From Idiomarina loihiensis L2TR (GTDB lineage: Bacteria > Pseudomonadota > Gammaproteobacteria > Enterobacterales > Alteromonadaceae), in assembly GCF_000008465.1 (NCBI RefSeq), contig NC_006512.1, positions 270,001 to 302,000 on the forward strand: a stretch of DNA of 32,000 nucleotides. Reading direction: 5' to 3'. Position 1 is the first letter of the stretch, and every line of letters begins with the position of its first letter. A program made the translations under genes and the position numbers. Under the pieces are notes generated by a model. It worked only from the letters and a program-made list of their open reading frames with translations. It made no database searches and was not told where the DNA came from. Positions 20,217 to 28,908 of the stretch are shown here, in pieces.

Positions 20217-22235
20217 TTACTTAAGCTGTTCAGCGTGCGGCAGCTCAAACGATGGCTTCTCTTCTGCTTTTTCTACCAGGAAGGTATCCATCCAGCGCAT
20301 AAAGCGCATGCTGTAGTCCAGCTGTGCCGCCACTTTGCGGTTACCATGGCCTTCGCCGGGGTATAACACCAAACGAACCGGTACCTTGCCGTGAGTTTTC
20401 AGATAACGGTACAATTCCATGGACTGTGATGGATGAACGCGGGTGTCCTCTTTACCATGCATAATAAGAATTGGCGTACGCGCCTTTTCTGCGTGATAAA
20501 TTGGGCTGCGCTCTAAGTACCATTCCCACTTGTCCCACGGATAGCTACGGGCATGTACGGCATGCATTTCCTTGGCAATGTCGGTGGTACCAAACTTAGA
20601 TAAGTTGTCGCTGATACCTACAAACATAACGCTGGCAGCGAAATGCTCGGTCTGTGCTGTTGCGCCCCAGGCCGACGCGTAACCACCGTAAGACCCGCCG
20701 GTAATACCCACGCTCGACTCATCGGCTAAACCGATTTCGACCAAGTGTTTCTTGGCATCGACAATGTCGTCAAACTCTTTACCGGCGTAGTCGTTCTGAC
20801 CCAGCTTAGAGAACTCAACACCACGACCGGTACTGCCACGGTAATTCGGGAAGAGCAGGGCATAACCTTTGGCTGCAGCATGTTTAACCGGCGACGCATA
20901 GCGATCTAACCAGCCGTTGCTGTAATGCGACTCAGGACCACCGTGAATCACCATCATGGTCGGGTAGGTCTTGCCTTCTTCGTAGTTGGTTGGGTAAACC
21001 ACAATACCTTCCAGCTTAAGCCCGTCGCGTGCTTTATAAGTCATGGTTTCCTGACGAGGCATATCGATCTCGGCCAGCCAGGGGTTAGAGTCGGTTAAAC
21101 GCTCCAGACGACCATTGCTGTATTTGAATGCTTCGCTCGGGTGGCTAGGACGGTGACCGGTTAAAACAAATTCAGATTTGCCGGCTTCGCCGTCCAGGCT
21201 GGTGAAAATGGCTTCACCCAACTCTAACAGGCTGCGGCTTTCTAAAAACTTAAGCGTTAATGCCTGAACTTCGGTTTCGGTGCCACGATGACCCAGCCAG
21301 ATAATTTCTTCATCGGTACGCCAGCTAAAGTCTTTGACTGCGCCTTTGTAGTCAGGCAACACGTTGCGGTGCTCTTGCTCGCGAGTGTCGTAAACAAATA
21401 AAGAACCAGCAGAAGGATCGTTGTAGTCAGCAGCGCGGATCATGGCCAAATAACGACCGTCCGGTGAAAATTCTGCACGACCAAGCTTGCTTTCACTTTC
21501 AAACGAAGTGACTACTTCGCCGTCCAGACTAATAAGCTGATATTGGCTGCTCATGTAATTGTCATCGATAAGCGAAGTTGGTGCGGTACGAACCAGTAGC
21601 TGTTCGTTATTCGGGTGGAAGCTAACCGAAAGCGCGTGCTGGTCGTCGGCGGTAACCGCTTTGGCTTCTGCGTCTTCCTCCCCCAATGAAACATGGTAAA
21701 CCTGAGTATAGGTTAAGTCTTCTTCGTAGACTTCGGCTTTAAAGCCTTTCTTTTCAAGTTTTTCTTCATCGCTGTCTTTCGCGCCTGAAGACAAAAAGAC
21801 CAGTTGCTCGCTGTCATCACTCAACGCGTAGCTGCCAATATTGCCGTCAAATTCAAACACCGACTGAATACCGCCGCCGTGCACAGGCATGCGGTAAAGC
21901 TCCTGATACTCATCGCCTTCTTCTTTGGCAGTAAAGTACAGGTATTCGCTTTGCGGACCAAAGCTGACCCGGCCGAACTTTTTGTCTTTACTCAGGTAAG
22001 ACGTTTCTTCGCCTTCAGCGTTAATAAGCACTAACTCACTGTAGCTGGAGCCGTCGTCATCTTCGTACGGAGTACGGGGTGTTGAGCGGATAACCGCAGT
22101 GAACTGACCATCCGGCGACAGTTGAGCCGAACGAATGGCTTTGGTGGTTACGGTTTCCATTAGCGTCATCTCGCGGGCATCAATATCTGCCGCCCAGACC
22201 GCTAATGCCATACCGCCTACAGCACGTAAAAGCAT
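20217..22235 (-). CDS. S9-family serine peptidase (prolyl oligopeptidase / dipeptidyl-peptidase-like) with an N-terminal beta-propeller
   Basis: 672 aa. The C-terminal alpha/beta hydrolase domain has the nucleophile elbow GGSYGGY, with later D (MHGKEDTRV) and H (GEGHG) residues. There is a short signal-like N-terminus (MLLRAVGGMALAVWA). GGAG lies 6 nt before the ATG. Confidence 0.85.
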   Translation of the reverse strand: MLLRAVGGMALAVWAADIDAREMTLMETVTTKAIRSAQLSPDGQFTAVIRSTPRTPYEDDDGSSYSELVLINAEGEETSYLSKDKKFGRVSFGPQSEYLYFTAKEEGDEYQELYRMPVHGGGIQSVFEFDGNIGSYALSDDSEQLVFLSSGAKDSDEEKLEKKGFKAEVYEEDLTYTQVYHVSLGEEDAEAKAVTADDQHALSVSFHPNNEQLLVRTAPTSLIDDNYMSSQYQLISLDGEVVTSFESESKLGRAEFSPDGRYLAMIRAADYNDPSAGSLFVYDTREQEHRNVLPDYKGAVKDFSWRTDEEIIWLGHRGTETEVQALTLKFLESRSLLELGEAIFTSLDGEAGKSEFVLTGHRPSHPSEAFKYSNGRLERLTDSNPWLAEIDMPRQETMTYKARDGLKLEGIVVYPTNYEEGKTYPTMMVIHGGPESHYSNGWLDRYASPVKHAAAKGYALLFPNYRGSTGRGVEFSKLGQNDYAGKEFDDIVDAKKHLVEIGLADESSVGITGGSYGGYASAWGATAQTEHFAASVMFVGISDNLSKFGTTDIAKEMHAVHARSYPWDKWEWYLERSPIYHAEKARTPILIMHGKEDTRVHPSQSMELYRYLKTHGKVPVRLVLYPGEGHGNRKVAAQLDYSMRFMRWMDTFLVEKAEEKPSFELPHAEQLK

Positions 22236-22274
22236 AATGTTCTCCAGTTTCTTGTTCTGATTAAGATTGTTTTT

Positions 22275-22895
22275 TTATGACTCTCGTTTTAGTAATCGGC
22301 GAGTCGCTTCGGCGCCCCGGGCAACTAAGCGAACTTGCAGAATCGTTTTTTCGGTAATAATTTCGCGTTCTTCTTCGTCTACGTCAAAGCAGTCGGCTCC
22401 GGCGCTGAATACAATTTTGGCAATAGTGTCCGACTGTAACTCGGCCAATTCGCGGCTAAACGACTGCTCGTTAACTAAATAGTCCTCCAGTTCCGCCTTG
22501 AAGTGATCTATTTCGCGCACTACCGCCAAACGGAAACTGCGTGAACGACCGGAACGCTCCTGCAGCAATAATCTGAAGGTGGCGGTATTGTTTGCCACAA
22601 ATTGCATAAAAGTTTCTATAGATACCCGAATAATAGAGCCGCCGGATTCAATGCGCTGACGCGCCTGGCGTAATAGTTGGCGTAAAGCCAGACCGCATTC
22701 GTCCACCAAAGTAAGCCCTAACTCATCCATGTCGCGAAAATGTCGATAAAAAGAAGTAGGAGCAATACCGGCTTCACGGGCAACCTCACGCAGGCTCAAA
22801 CTGGAGAAACCGTTTTCGGCGCTTAATTGGTTCATTGCCGCGTTAATTAACGCCTGTCGGGTTTTCTCTTTCTGCTTTGCGCGAATTCCGGCCAT
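22275..22895 (-). CDS. fabR: TetR-family repressor of unsaturated fatty acid synthesis, FabR
   Basis: 206 aa, nearly collinear with E. coli FabR as I recall it (RAKQKEKTR...[51 protein letters not shown]). It is divergent from a desaturase gene. Confidence 0.9.
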   Translation of the reverse strand: MAGIRAKQKEKTRQALINAAMNQLSAENGFSSLSLREVAREAGIAPTSFYRHFRDMDELGLTLVDECGLALRQLLRQARQRIESGGSIIRVSIETFMQFVANNTATFRLLLQERSGRSRSFRLAVVREIDHFKAELEDYLVNEQSFSRELAELQSDTIAKIVFSAGADCFDVDEEEREIITEKTILQVRLVARGAEATRRLLKRES

Positions 22896-22989
22896 AGTCG
22901 TATAGTCATCTTTGCGTGTATATTAAGAATGATAACACAGCTTTTTACACTTTTACCGCTTGTAATTTGAACACGAAACACGTACATTC

Positions 22990-23007
22990 AGCGTACAGGT
23001 GTACGCT
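22990..23007. promoter_or_regulatory. FabR-type operator palindrome in the fabR/desaturase divergent region
   Basis: AGCGTACA-GG-TGTACGCT has perfect 8-bp inverted arms. It matches the AGCGTACA half-site I recall for FabR boxes at E. coli fabA/fabB. An extra ACGTACA half-site lies at 22980-22986. The box is 42 nt upstream of the desaturase ATG. Confidence 0.6.
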
Positions 23008-23048
23008 ATTAGACGCCTGCCTTTATTTGAATGTTTTAGGTTATATGC

Positions 23049-24188
23049 ATGCAAAAGATTTCTGAAAAGCCCCCCATTATCTGGTTAAACACCCTGGTGT
23101 TCTCTATTACCTTTATTGTCGCCATTGTTGGTGTACCTTTATACGCATACAGCGTTGGCATTGGTGCCGCGTTTTGGTGGGTTATGTTGGGCACGGCGTG
23201 TTTCGCCGGCTTATCTATTACTGCGGGCTATCATCGCCTGTGGGCGCATCGTACATACGATGCAAACCCGGTAATTCGTTTTATTTTTGCCATTGGCGGT
23301 GCGGTTGCGCTGCAGAACAGTGCGCTTCACTGGTCTTCTGACCACCGTGAGCACCACAAGCACGTTGATGACAACGACAAAGACCCGTATTCAGCTAAGC
23401 GAGGCTTCTGGTACTCGCATATTGGCTGGATGATCCGTGAATATCAGGCGAGCCGTTATACTGACTACGATAACGTTAAAGACCTGCAGAAAGACCCAAT
23501 TGTTATGTGGCAGCACAAGTATTACTTGCCGCTAACTCTGTTTGTGAACTTTGGCTGGCCAATTGCCGCCGGTTTCATGCTGGGCGACGTGTGGGCAGGA
23601 TTGTTGGTTATTGGCGTGTTGCGCCTGGTGCTAAACCACCACACCACTTTCTTTATTAACTCGCTGGCGCATATTTGGGGTAAACAGCCTTATACCGACA
23701 AAAACACTGCGCGCGACAATGGCGTGCTGGCGTTTCTGACGTTTGGCGAGGGTTACCATAATTACCACCACATTTTTGCCGCGGATTATCGTAACGGTAT
23801 TCGCTGGTGGCAGTTCGACCCAACTAAATGGCTGATCGTAGCCAGTAAATGGCTGGGTCTGGCGAAAAACTTAAAGCGCAGCTCGCCGTATCAGGTCGAG
23901 CGGGCGAAACTGCAAATGCAGTTAAAACGAGCTCAGCTGAAAGCTCAGGCAGCGCCGGAATCTTTGTTTGAAAGGGCTCAGGAACATTATGACCAGATGG
24001 GCCAGCAGTTGAAGGCATATTATCAGGCTCGTAAAAAGCTTCTGGATACTAAAGCTAAAGCCTTGAAAGAACATGTGCATCACGATATTGATGCGTTGAA
24101 GCGTCAGGTTGATGAAATGAAGGCTTCGCTGGAAATGCAAAAACGCTCCTGGAAAGCGCTATTAAATCAAATTCAGCAGCACGCGTAA
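23049..24188 (+). CDS. Membrane acyl-CoA/acyl-lipid delta-9-type fatty acid desaturase with a C-terminal coiled-coil extension
   Basis: Three His boxes (HRLWAH, HREHHKH, HNYHH) and 4 TM helices. The last ~90 aa are K/Q/A-rich with a heptad-like pattern (KLQMQLKRAQLKAQ...LKRQVDEMKASLEMQKRSWKALLNQ). Confidence 0.9.
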   Translation: MQKISEKPPIIWLNTLVFSITFIVAIVGVPLYAYSVGIGAAFWWVMLGTACFAGLSITAGYHRLWAHRTYDANPVIRFIFAIGGAVALQNSALHWSSDHREHHKHVDDNDKDPYSAKRGFWYSHIGWMIREYQASRYTDYDNVKDLQKDPIVMWQHKYYLPLTLFVNFGWPIAAGFMLGDVWAGLLVIGVLRLVLNHHTTFFINSLAHIWGKQPYTDKNTARDNGVLAFLTFGEGYHNYHHIFAADYRNGIRWWQFDPTKWLIVASKWLGLAKNLKRSSPYQVERAKLQMQLKRAQLKAQAAPESLFERAQEHYDQMGQQLKAYYQARKKLLDTKAKALKEHVHHDIDALKRQVDEMKASLEMQKRSWKALLNQIQQHA

Positions 24189-24207
24189 TTATTGGTTGAA
24201 ATTGCGA

Positions 24208-24270
24208 CGAATGGCATTTGTCAGTACTTGAAAATGTTTAAAATATAAACGATACTGACAAATACATTCG
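24208..24270. repeat. Long imperfect inverted repeat (hairpin) between the desaturase and the rod-like mini-gene
   Basis: CGAATGGCATTTGTCAGTA (24208-24226) pairs with TACTGACAAATACATTCG (24253-24270). That is 6 + 11 paired bases around a 1-2 nt bulge, with a 26-nt AT-rich loop. No T-run follows, so it is not a canonical intrinsic terminator. Confidence 0.5.
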
Positions 24271-24302
24271 TAGTAACACGCCCTAGTGTGTGGGAGGAAA
24301 CG

Positions 24303-24620
24303 ATGGAAATTGGTGCAGCAATGAACTCAGGCCTGCAGGGTATGCAACGTGCAAACCAGCAGGTATCACAAGCGAGTCAGGAAATTGCGTCTGCTTCAAC
24401 ATCGGGTCGTAATGATGTTCAGCAGCAAAGTAATGCCGTTGCAAATGGTGCCCAGGCCGCAACAGAGACTGCGTCTGAAACCAGTCAAAGCGTTACGGCT
24501 GCCAATACCACTGATTCTCTGGTTTCACTAAACCAGGGGCAGACCAACTTTGAGTCAAACACCCGTACGGTAGAAACTGCCGACGAGATGTTGGGCACAA
24601 TGATTGATACCAGCGCTTAA
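24303..24620 (+). CDS. Small protein with flagellar rod/hook-like N- and C-terminal helices joined by a low-complexity S/T/A/Q/N linker
   Basis: I use ATG 24303, preceded by GGGAGGA at a 4-nt spacer. The track's GTG 24288 would include that SD. The N-terminus SGLQGMQRANQQVSQASQEIASAST resembles the rod N-terminal segment ([ST]GL...NLAN..T). The C-terminus SLVSLNQGQTNFESNTRTVETADEMLGTMID fits the axial-protein C-terminal pattern Q-x-Q-x-x-[FY]-E-x-N-x-[KR]-x-[VI]-x-T-x-D-E-M-L-x-T-[LM]-I. Confidence 0.55.
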   Translation: MEIGAAMNSGLQGMQRANQQVSQASQEIASASTSGRNDVQQQSNAVANGAQAATETASETSQSVTAANTTDSLVSLNQGQTNFESNTRTVETADEMLGTMIDTSA

Positions 24621-24629
24621 TGTTCTAAC

Positions 24630-25469
24630 ATGAATATCTCACCAGCGTTACCGCCTATTCCTGTAACGTCGGCACCACCTGCGGAGTCGATGAACAGGGA
24701 TAATTTGCAGCGGCCGTTGGTGAACGAACCTGCCAAATCTGATCAATCCAGTAATAAAGCCGATACCCAGGCTGACAGAAAACCCGACGCGAAAGCGGAT
24801 GGAAAGCCTGACAGCAAAAAAGCCACCGACAAAGCTAGCAAAGAAGTTACTGACAATGCTGAAAAGAATCAGCAGAAGCTCAGTGAAGAAGAAGTTGAAA
24901 AAGTCGATGAGCTAAAAAGCCGTGATCAGGAAGTTCGTGTACACGAACAAGCCCACGCGGCAGTTGGCGGCCAGCATGCTGGCTCGCCTTCCTATGAATA
25001 CGAACGCGGGCCTGACGGTAAGTCTTATGCTGTGGGCGGCGAAGTTCAAATAGATGTCAGCCCGGTTAACGGTGATCCGCAAGCGACCATTCAAAAAATG
25101 CAGTTGGTACGTCGCGCGGCATTAGCGCCGGCACAACCTTCTGCTGCCGACCGTTCAATTGCTGCCGAAGCGGCTAATAAAGCCACGCAGGCTCGGGCGG
25201 AATTAGCCCAAATGCAAGTTGAGGCAAGCGAAAGCGGTGAGGAAGGCGAGAAACAAAACCCCGATATCAGTATTAACGCGCCGTTTAATAAAAGTCTGGA
25301 AGGTGAAAATAAAGGCGGTTCTAGTAGCCAATCCGCGTCATCAGGTGCTGTAACACCTGCCGAAGAAGGTAGAAAAACGCTTTCATCGTCCGAACGTGGC
25401 GAAATGATTTCTTCATTTTACGATAAGCGCGTTCGTCCTTCCGTGGACTCATTCAGCGCTACCGCTTAA
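24630..25469 (+). CDS. SprA-related family protein (putative HExxH metalloprotease-like), no signal peptide
   Basis: Starts 9 nt after the previous stop. HEQAH lies at 24942-24956. The block LKSRDQEVRVHEQAHAAVGG...SPSYEYERGPDGKSYAVGGEVQIDVSP...ATIQKMQLVRRAALAPAQPSAADRSIAAEA matches my memory of Pfam PF12118 / 'putative metalloprotease CJM1_0395 family'. The N-terminal ~95 aa are a P/K/D/A-rich disordered region. Confidence 0.7.
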   Translation: MNISPALPPIPVTSAPPAESMNRDNLQRPLVNEPAKSDQSSNKADTQADRKPDAKADGKPDSKKATDKASKEVTDNAEKNQQKLSEEEVEKVDELKSRDQEVRVHEQAHAAVGGQHAGSPSYEYERGPDGKSYAVGGEVQIDVSPVNGDPQATIQKMQLVRRAALAPAQPSAADRSIAAEAANKATQARAELAQMQVEASESGEEGEKQNPDISINAPFNKSLEGENKGGSSSQSASSGAVTPAEEGRKTLSSSERGEMISSFYDKRVRPSVDSFSATA

Positions 25470-25479
25470 CTATTCCTGT

Positions 25480-27810
25480 TTAATCTTTCTTCGCTTTTGC
25501 AAAGGCGTCTGCTAATGCACTGCCCATTGCTGAGTTTTGTGGCTGTGGCGCACGACCACCATTGCCTGAAGGTTTTTTCTTAGGTCCGCTTCCGGTTTTC
25601 GCTTTAGGCTTGTCGCTGCCTGCGGTATTGGCTGGGGCTTCATCGCTCAGGCGCATGGTTAAGCCAATACGTTTACGCTCAATGTCCACTTCCAGCACTT
25701 TTACCTTCACAATGTCGCCGGCTTTAACCACTTCGCGCGGGTCGCTGACGAACTTGTCCGCCAGTGCTGAAATGTGCACCAGACCGTCCTGATGCACGCC
25801 AACATCAATAAAGGCACCAAAGTTCGCCACGTTAGTTACCACACCTTCCAGCAACATGCCGGGCTTCAGATCACTGACTTTCTCAACGCCTTCTTTAAAC
25901 TCTGCCATTTTGAATTCAGGACGCGGGTCGCGGCCGGGTTTTTCCAGTTCGGACAAAATGTCGGTAACCGTTGGCAGACCAAAGCGCTCATCGGTGTAGT
26001 CTTTAGCGTTCAAGGTTTTAATCAATTGCTGATTACCAATAAGTTCCTGTACCGGAATTGAATTGGTTTTGGCAATGCGTTCAACCACAGTATAAGCCTC
26101 GGGGTGAACCGAGGAGGCGTCCAGTGGTTGTTCGCCGTTACTAATGCGTAAGAAGCCTGCTGCCTGTTCAAAGGCTTTTGGTCCCATGCGCGCAACATCC
26201 AGCAATTGCTTACGATTACGGAACGCACCATGCGCATCGCGGTGCTCAACTAAGTTCTTCGCCAAAGTTTTCGATAAGCCGGATACGCGCTGCAGCAACG
26301 CGGCAGAAGCCATATTGGCATCTACACCCACGGCGTTTACGCAGTCTTCAACCACCGCATCCAGACTTTGCGCCAGTTGTGACTGACTCACGTCGTGCTG
26401 GTATTGGCCTACACCAATAGACTTAGGCTCAATCTTCACCAGCTCTGCCAACGGATCCTGCAAGCGGCGGGCAATAGAGACTGCACCACGTAGCGACACG
26501 TCCATATTCGGGAATTCCTGCGCAGCCAGTTCAGACGCCGAGTAAACCGAAGCACCGGCTTCGTTCACTATAACCTTAGTGGCTTTAATGTCGCTGTGTT
26601 GTTTCAGCATGTCGCCGACCATTTTGTCGGTCTCGCGCGAGTGGGTGCCGTTACCAATGCTGATAAGCTCCACTTTGTACTGCTTGCACAAGGTAGCCAG
26701 CGTACGCATGGCTTTGTCCATTTGGTTCTGCGGCTGGAACGGGAATACGGTGTTAGTGGCAACCGCTTTACCGGTTTCGTCTACCACCGCAACCTTAACA
26801 CCGGTACGAACACCCGGATCTAAGCCCATGGTGGTTTTAGCCCCGGCAGGTGCCGCCATCAGTAAGTCTTTTAAGTTGCTGGCAAATACCTGAATGGCCG
26901 CTTCCTCAGCACGCTCGCGTACACGGGCCATTAGCTCTGTTTCCATATGCAGTGACAATTTCACCCGCCAGGTCCATTGAATAACCTGACGCAACCAGTC
27001 GTCAGCAGCGCGGCCTTTGTGTTCAAAATTCAGGAAGTCAGCAATAATCACTTCGCAATGCGAGCCCGAGGTTGTGTCTTCACTGCCAGGATCCGCGTCC
27101 ATAGAAAGCTGTAAAAAGCCTTCGTTACGGCCACGCAACAAAGCCAGCGTGCGGTGCGAGGGGATGGTTTTAAACAGCTCAGAAAACTCAAAGTAGTCGC
27201 GGAACTTAGCGCCTTCTTTCTCTTTACCCGCCGCGACTGTGCTGGTTAAGTGTGCGTTCTGCCATAAGTGCGAACGTAAGCGTTTTAGTAACTCCGCCTG
27301 CTCGGCAAAGCGCTCCATTAAAATAGCGCGGGCACCGTCTAAAACCGCTTTCGCATCGGCAAAACCTTTGTCGGCGTCAATGTATTCTGCCGCGGCCTGT
27401 TCCGGGTTCTTTGTTGGGTCTTTCCACAGCAAGTCTGCCAGCGGCTCAAGCCCTGCTTCAATGGCAATTTGACCCTTGGTGCGACGCTTCGGTTTGTAGG
27501 GCAGGTATAAATCTTCCAGCTCGGTTTTAGAGTCAGCTGTTTTAATGCTCTGAGTTAGTTCGTCGGTCAGTTTGCCTTGCTCGTCAATGGACTTGAGTAT
27601 CACCTGGCGGCGGTCATCCAGCTCGCGCAGGTAGTTAAGACGCTGATGCAGCTGGCGCAATTGCGTATCGTCTAAACCGCCGGTCACTTCCTTACGGTAG
27701 CGCGCAATAAAGGGCACCGTTGAGCCTTCATCCAGCAACTGGATAACAGACGAAATCTGGCGTTCATCAACCTTCAGTTCATTAGCAAGTAATTGCGGTA
27801 TCTGGCTCAT
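25480..27810 (-). CDS. tex: Transcription accessory protein Tex (S1 RNA-binding domain protein)
   Basis: 776 aa. The N-terminus [17 protein letters not shown], the YqgF/RuvC-like and HhH regions, and the C-terminal S1 domain ([31 protein letters not shown]) are present. It ends in a Lys/Pro/Gly-rich tail. Confidence 0.95.
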   Translation of the reverse strand: MSQIPQLLANELKVDERQISSVIQLLDEGSTVPFIARYRKEVTGGLDDTQLRQLHQRLNYLRELDDRRQVILKSIDEQGKLTDELTQSIKTADSKTELEDLYLPYKPKRRTKGQIAIEAGLEPLADLLWKDPTKNPEQAAAEYIDADKGFADAKAVLDGARAILMERFAEQAELLKRLRSHLWQNAHLTSTVAAGKEKEGAKFRDYFEFSELFKTIPSHRTLALLRGRNEGFLQLSMDADPGSEDTTSGSHCEVIIADFLNFEHKGRAADDWLRQVIQWTWRVKLSLHMETELMARVRERAEEAAIQVFASNLKDLLMAAPAGAKTTMGLDPGVRTGVKVAVVDETGKAVATNTVFPFQPQNQMDKAMRTLATLCKQYKVELISIGNGTHSRETDKMVGDMLKQHSDIKATKVIVNEAGASVYSASELAAQEFPNMDVSLRGAVSIARRLQDPLAELVKIEPKSIGVGQYQHDVSQSQLAQSLDAVVEDCVNAVGVDANMASAALLQRVSGLSKTLAKNLVEHRDAHGAFRNRKQLLDVARMGPKAFEQAAGFLRISNGEQPLDASSVHPEAYTVVERIAKTNSIPVQELIGNQQLIKTLNAKDYTDERFGLPTVTDILSELEKPGRDPRPEFKMAEFKEGVEKVSDLKPGMLLEGVVTNVANFGAFIDVGVHQDGLVHISALADKFVSDPREVVKAGDIVKVKVLEVDIERKRIGLTMRLSDEAPANTAGSDKPKAKTGSGPKKKPSGNGGRAPQPQNSAMGSALADAFAKAKKD

Positions 27811-27873
27811 AGTACATCTCTTAGTTTAAAAACTTTACGGCAAATAATGGGGACGAATGCTATCACGAATTGA

Positions 27874-28353
27874 CTACGCGGGCTGCTGGTAACTTATCTT
27901 ATTAATGAACCAGGTCCTAGTACCCTGCTGTGTCGTTACTTCAGCCTCGTCGTCTACCTGCTTTTTCAGCAGGGCACGCGCCATGGGCGAATCAATAGAC
28001 ACCGCGTCTTTGCGATCATAAATTTCATCCGGTCCCACAATTTGGAAGGCGCGAACGTTCTCTTCCTCGTCCTCAATTTCCACCCAGGCACCAAAAAACA
28101 CCTTACCGTCCTGTTGTGGCGAATAATACACCACCTTCACCTGCTCCAGACGCTTGGTTAAGTAGCGAATGCGGCCATCAATTTTGCGTAGCTTTTGCTT
28201 GTTGTATTTGTAGTCGGCGTTCTCTGACCGGTCACCCAGGCTCGCCGCCCAGGAGACCTTCTCCACCGTTTCGCGCCGCTCCACCCGCCAAAGGTGTTCA
28301 AGTTCCTGTTGCAACTTTTCATAACCGCCAAGGGTAATTAAATTGGTTTTCAT
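27874..28353 (-). CDS. greB: Transcription elongation factor GreB
   Basis: 159 aa. It has the Gre coiled-coil with an acidic tip (GDRSENADY) and a C-terminal globular domain (VSIDSPMARALLKK). The length and the basic patch fit GreB better than GreA. Confidence 0.9.
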   Translation of the reverse strand: MKTNLITLGGYEKLQQELEHLWRVERRETVEKVSWAASLGDRSENADYKYNKQKLRKIDGRIRYLTKRLEQVKVVYYSPQQDGKVFFGAWVEIEDEEENVRAFQIVGPDEIYDRKDAVSIDSPMARALLKKQVDDEAEVTTQQGTRTWFINKISYQQPA

Positions 28354-28534
28354 ACGCTGAATAGTTGTGCCTGCGTTGAATTATAGATGGGGATTTTACT
28401 GGGTTATTACTCCGAAGGAAATGGTGGTGAATAGAGCCTAAATATGATTTCTTGTTTTTGCGGCTATGTTACTCATTCATTAGAATAAGAAGGATGGGTA
28501 AAAATAAGTAAATTCAGTTTATTACGGAGTCAAT

Positions 28535-28750
28535 ATGAATGAAATTAACCCAGCCAAACTGCGTAATAGTAAGTGGACTGCAGTAGAGCCGCTTAATCGC
28601 GAGAAGCATTTTTTGGTATCAGAAGTTGAGTATGATGAAGACGGATCAGTAATTTCATGCAAAATTGAATCAGTGCTTTCGAGAAATGAATATTCAATCG
28701 ATTGGCTTGAACTTAAAAGCGAAGAGAAATGGGTTCAAGGTTGGAAGTGA
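28535..28750 (+). CDS. Tryptophan-rich small protein (TIGR02450-like)
   Basis: 71 aa, with GGAG 5 nt upstream of the ATG. The pattern L-x-x-SKWTAV-x-P...EKHFLV...W-x-x-L-x(5,7)-W-x-x-GW at the C-terminus matches my memory of the 'Trp-rich conserved hypothetical' family. Confidence 0.6.
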   Translation: MNEINPAKLRNSKWTAVEPLNREKHFLVSEVEYDEDGSVISCKIESVLSRNEYSIDWLELKSEEKWVQGWK

Positions 28751-28908
28751 GGCACTTTCTATCCTTCTCTGCTTTAAACTCCTGGTCTGGTGAGAAAATA
28801 ATGTAGGCGAGCAGAGAGTCTTTGAGTAATTGTGCCAACCCCCGCTTCTTCAAATACATCAAGCCGAGGTCGGAGGCGTCCGTTGAGGTAAGGCGAAACG
28901 GTCTTAGA

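Noticed and set aside
18001-22235. ABC transporter plus S9 peptidase as one functional 'system'
   Set aside because: The peptidase is convergent to the ABC pair and separated by a strong bidirectional terminator. Nothing in the sequence links them.
24225-24255. Sigma-28 (FliA) promoter upstream of the rod-like mini-gene
   Set aside because: A CGATA-like element is present in the hairpin loop, but there is no convincing TAAAGTTT-type -35 at the right spacing. I do not call a promoter.
24288-24531. GTG 24288 start for the mini-protein, and the alternative-frame ORF 24349..24531
   Set aside because: GTG 24288 would place the GGGAGGA SD inside the coding sequence, and ATG 24303 is correctly spaced. 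The alternative frame gives an R/K/L-rich shadow product.
25562-27472. Several 75-104 aa ORFs antisense to or out of frame with tex
   Set aside because: They lie entirely within the well-conserved tex coding region and have no independent signals.
28777-28908. 44 stop-free codons in frame immediately after the TAA of the 542-aa gene (possible read-through extension or decayed C-terminus)
   Set aside because: My rough estimate is that a run of this length arises by chance about one time in ten at this composition. The peptide (SKTVSPYLNGRLRPRLDVFEEAGVGTITQRL...) has no recognisable features.
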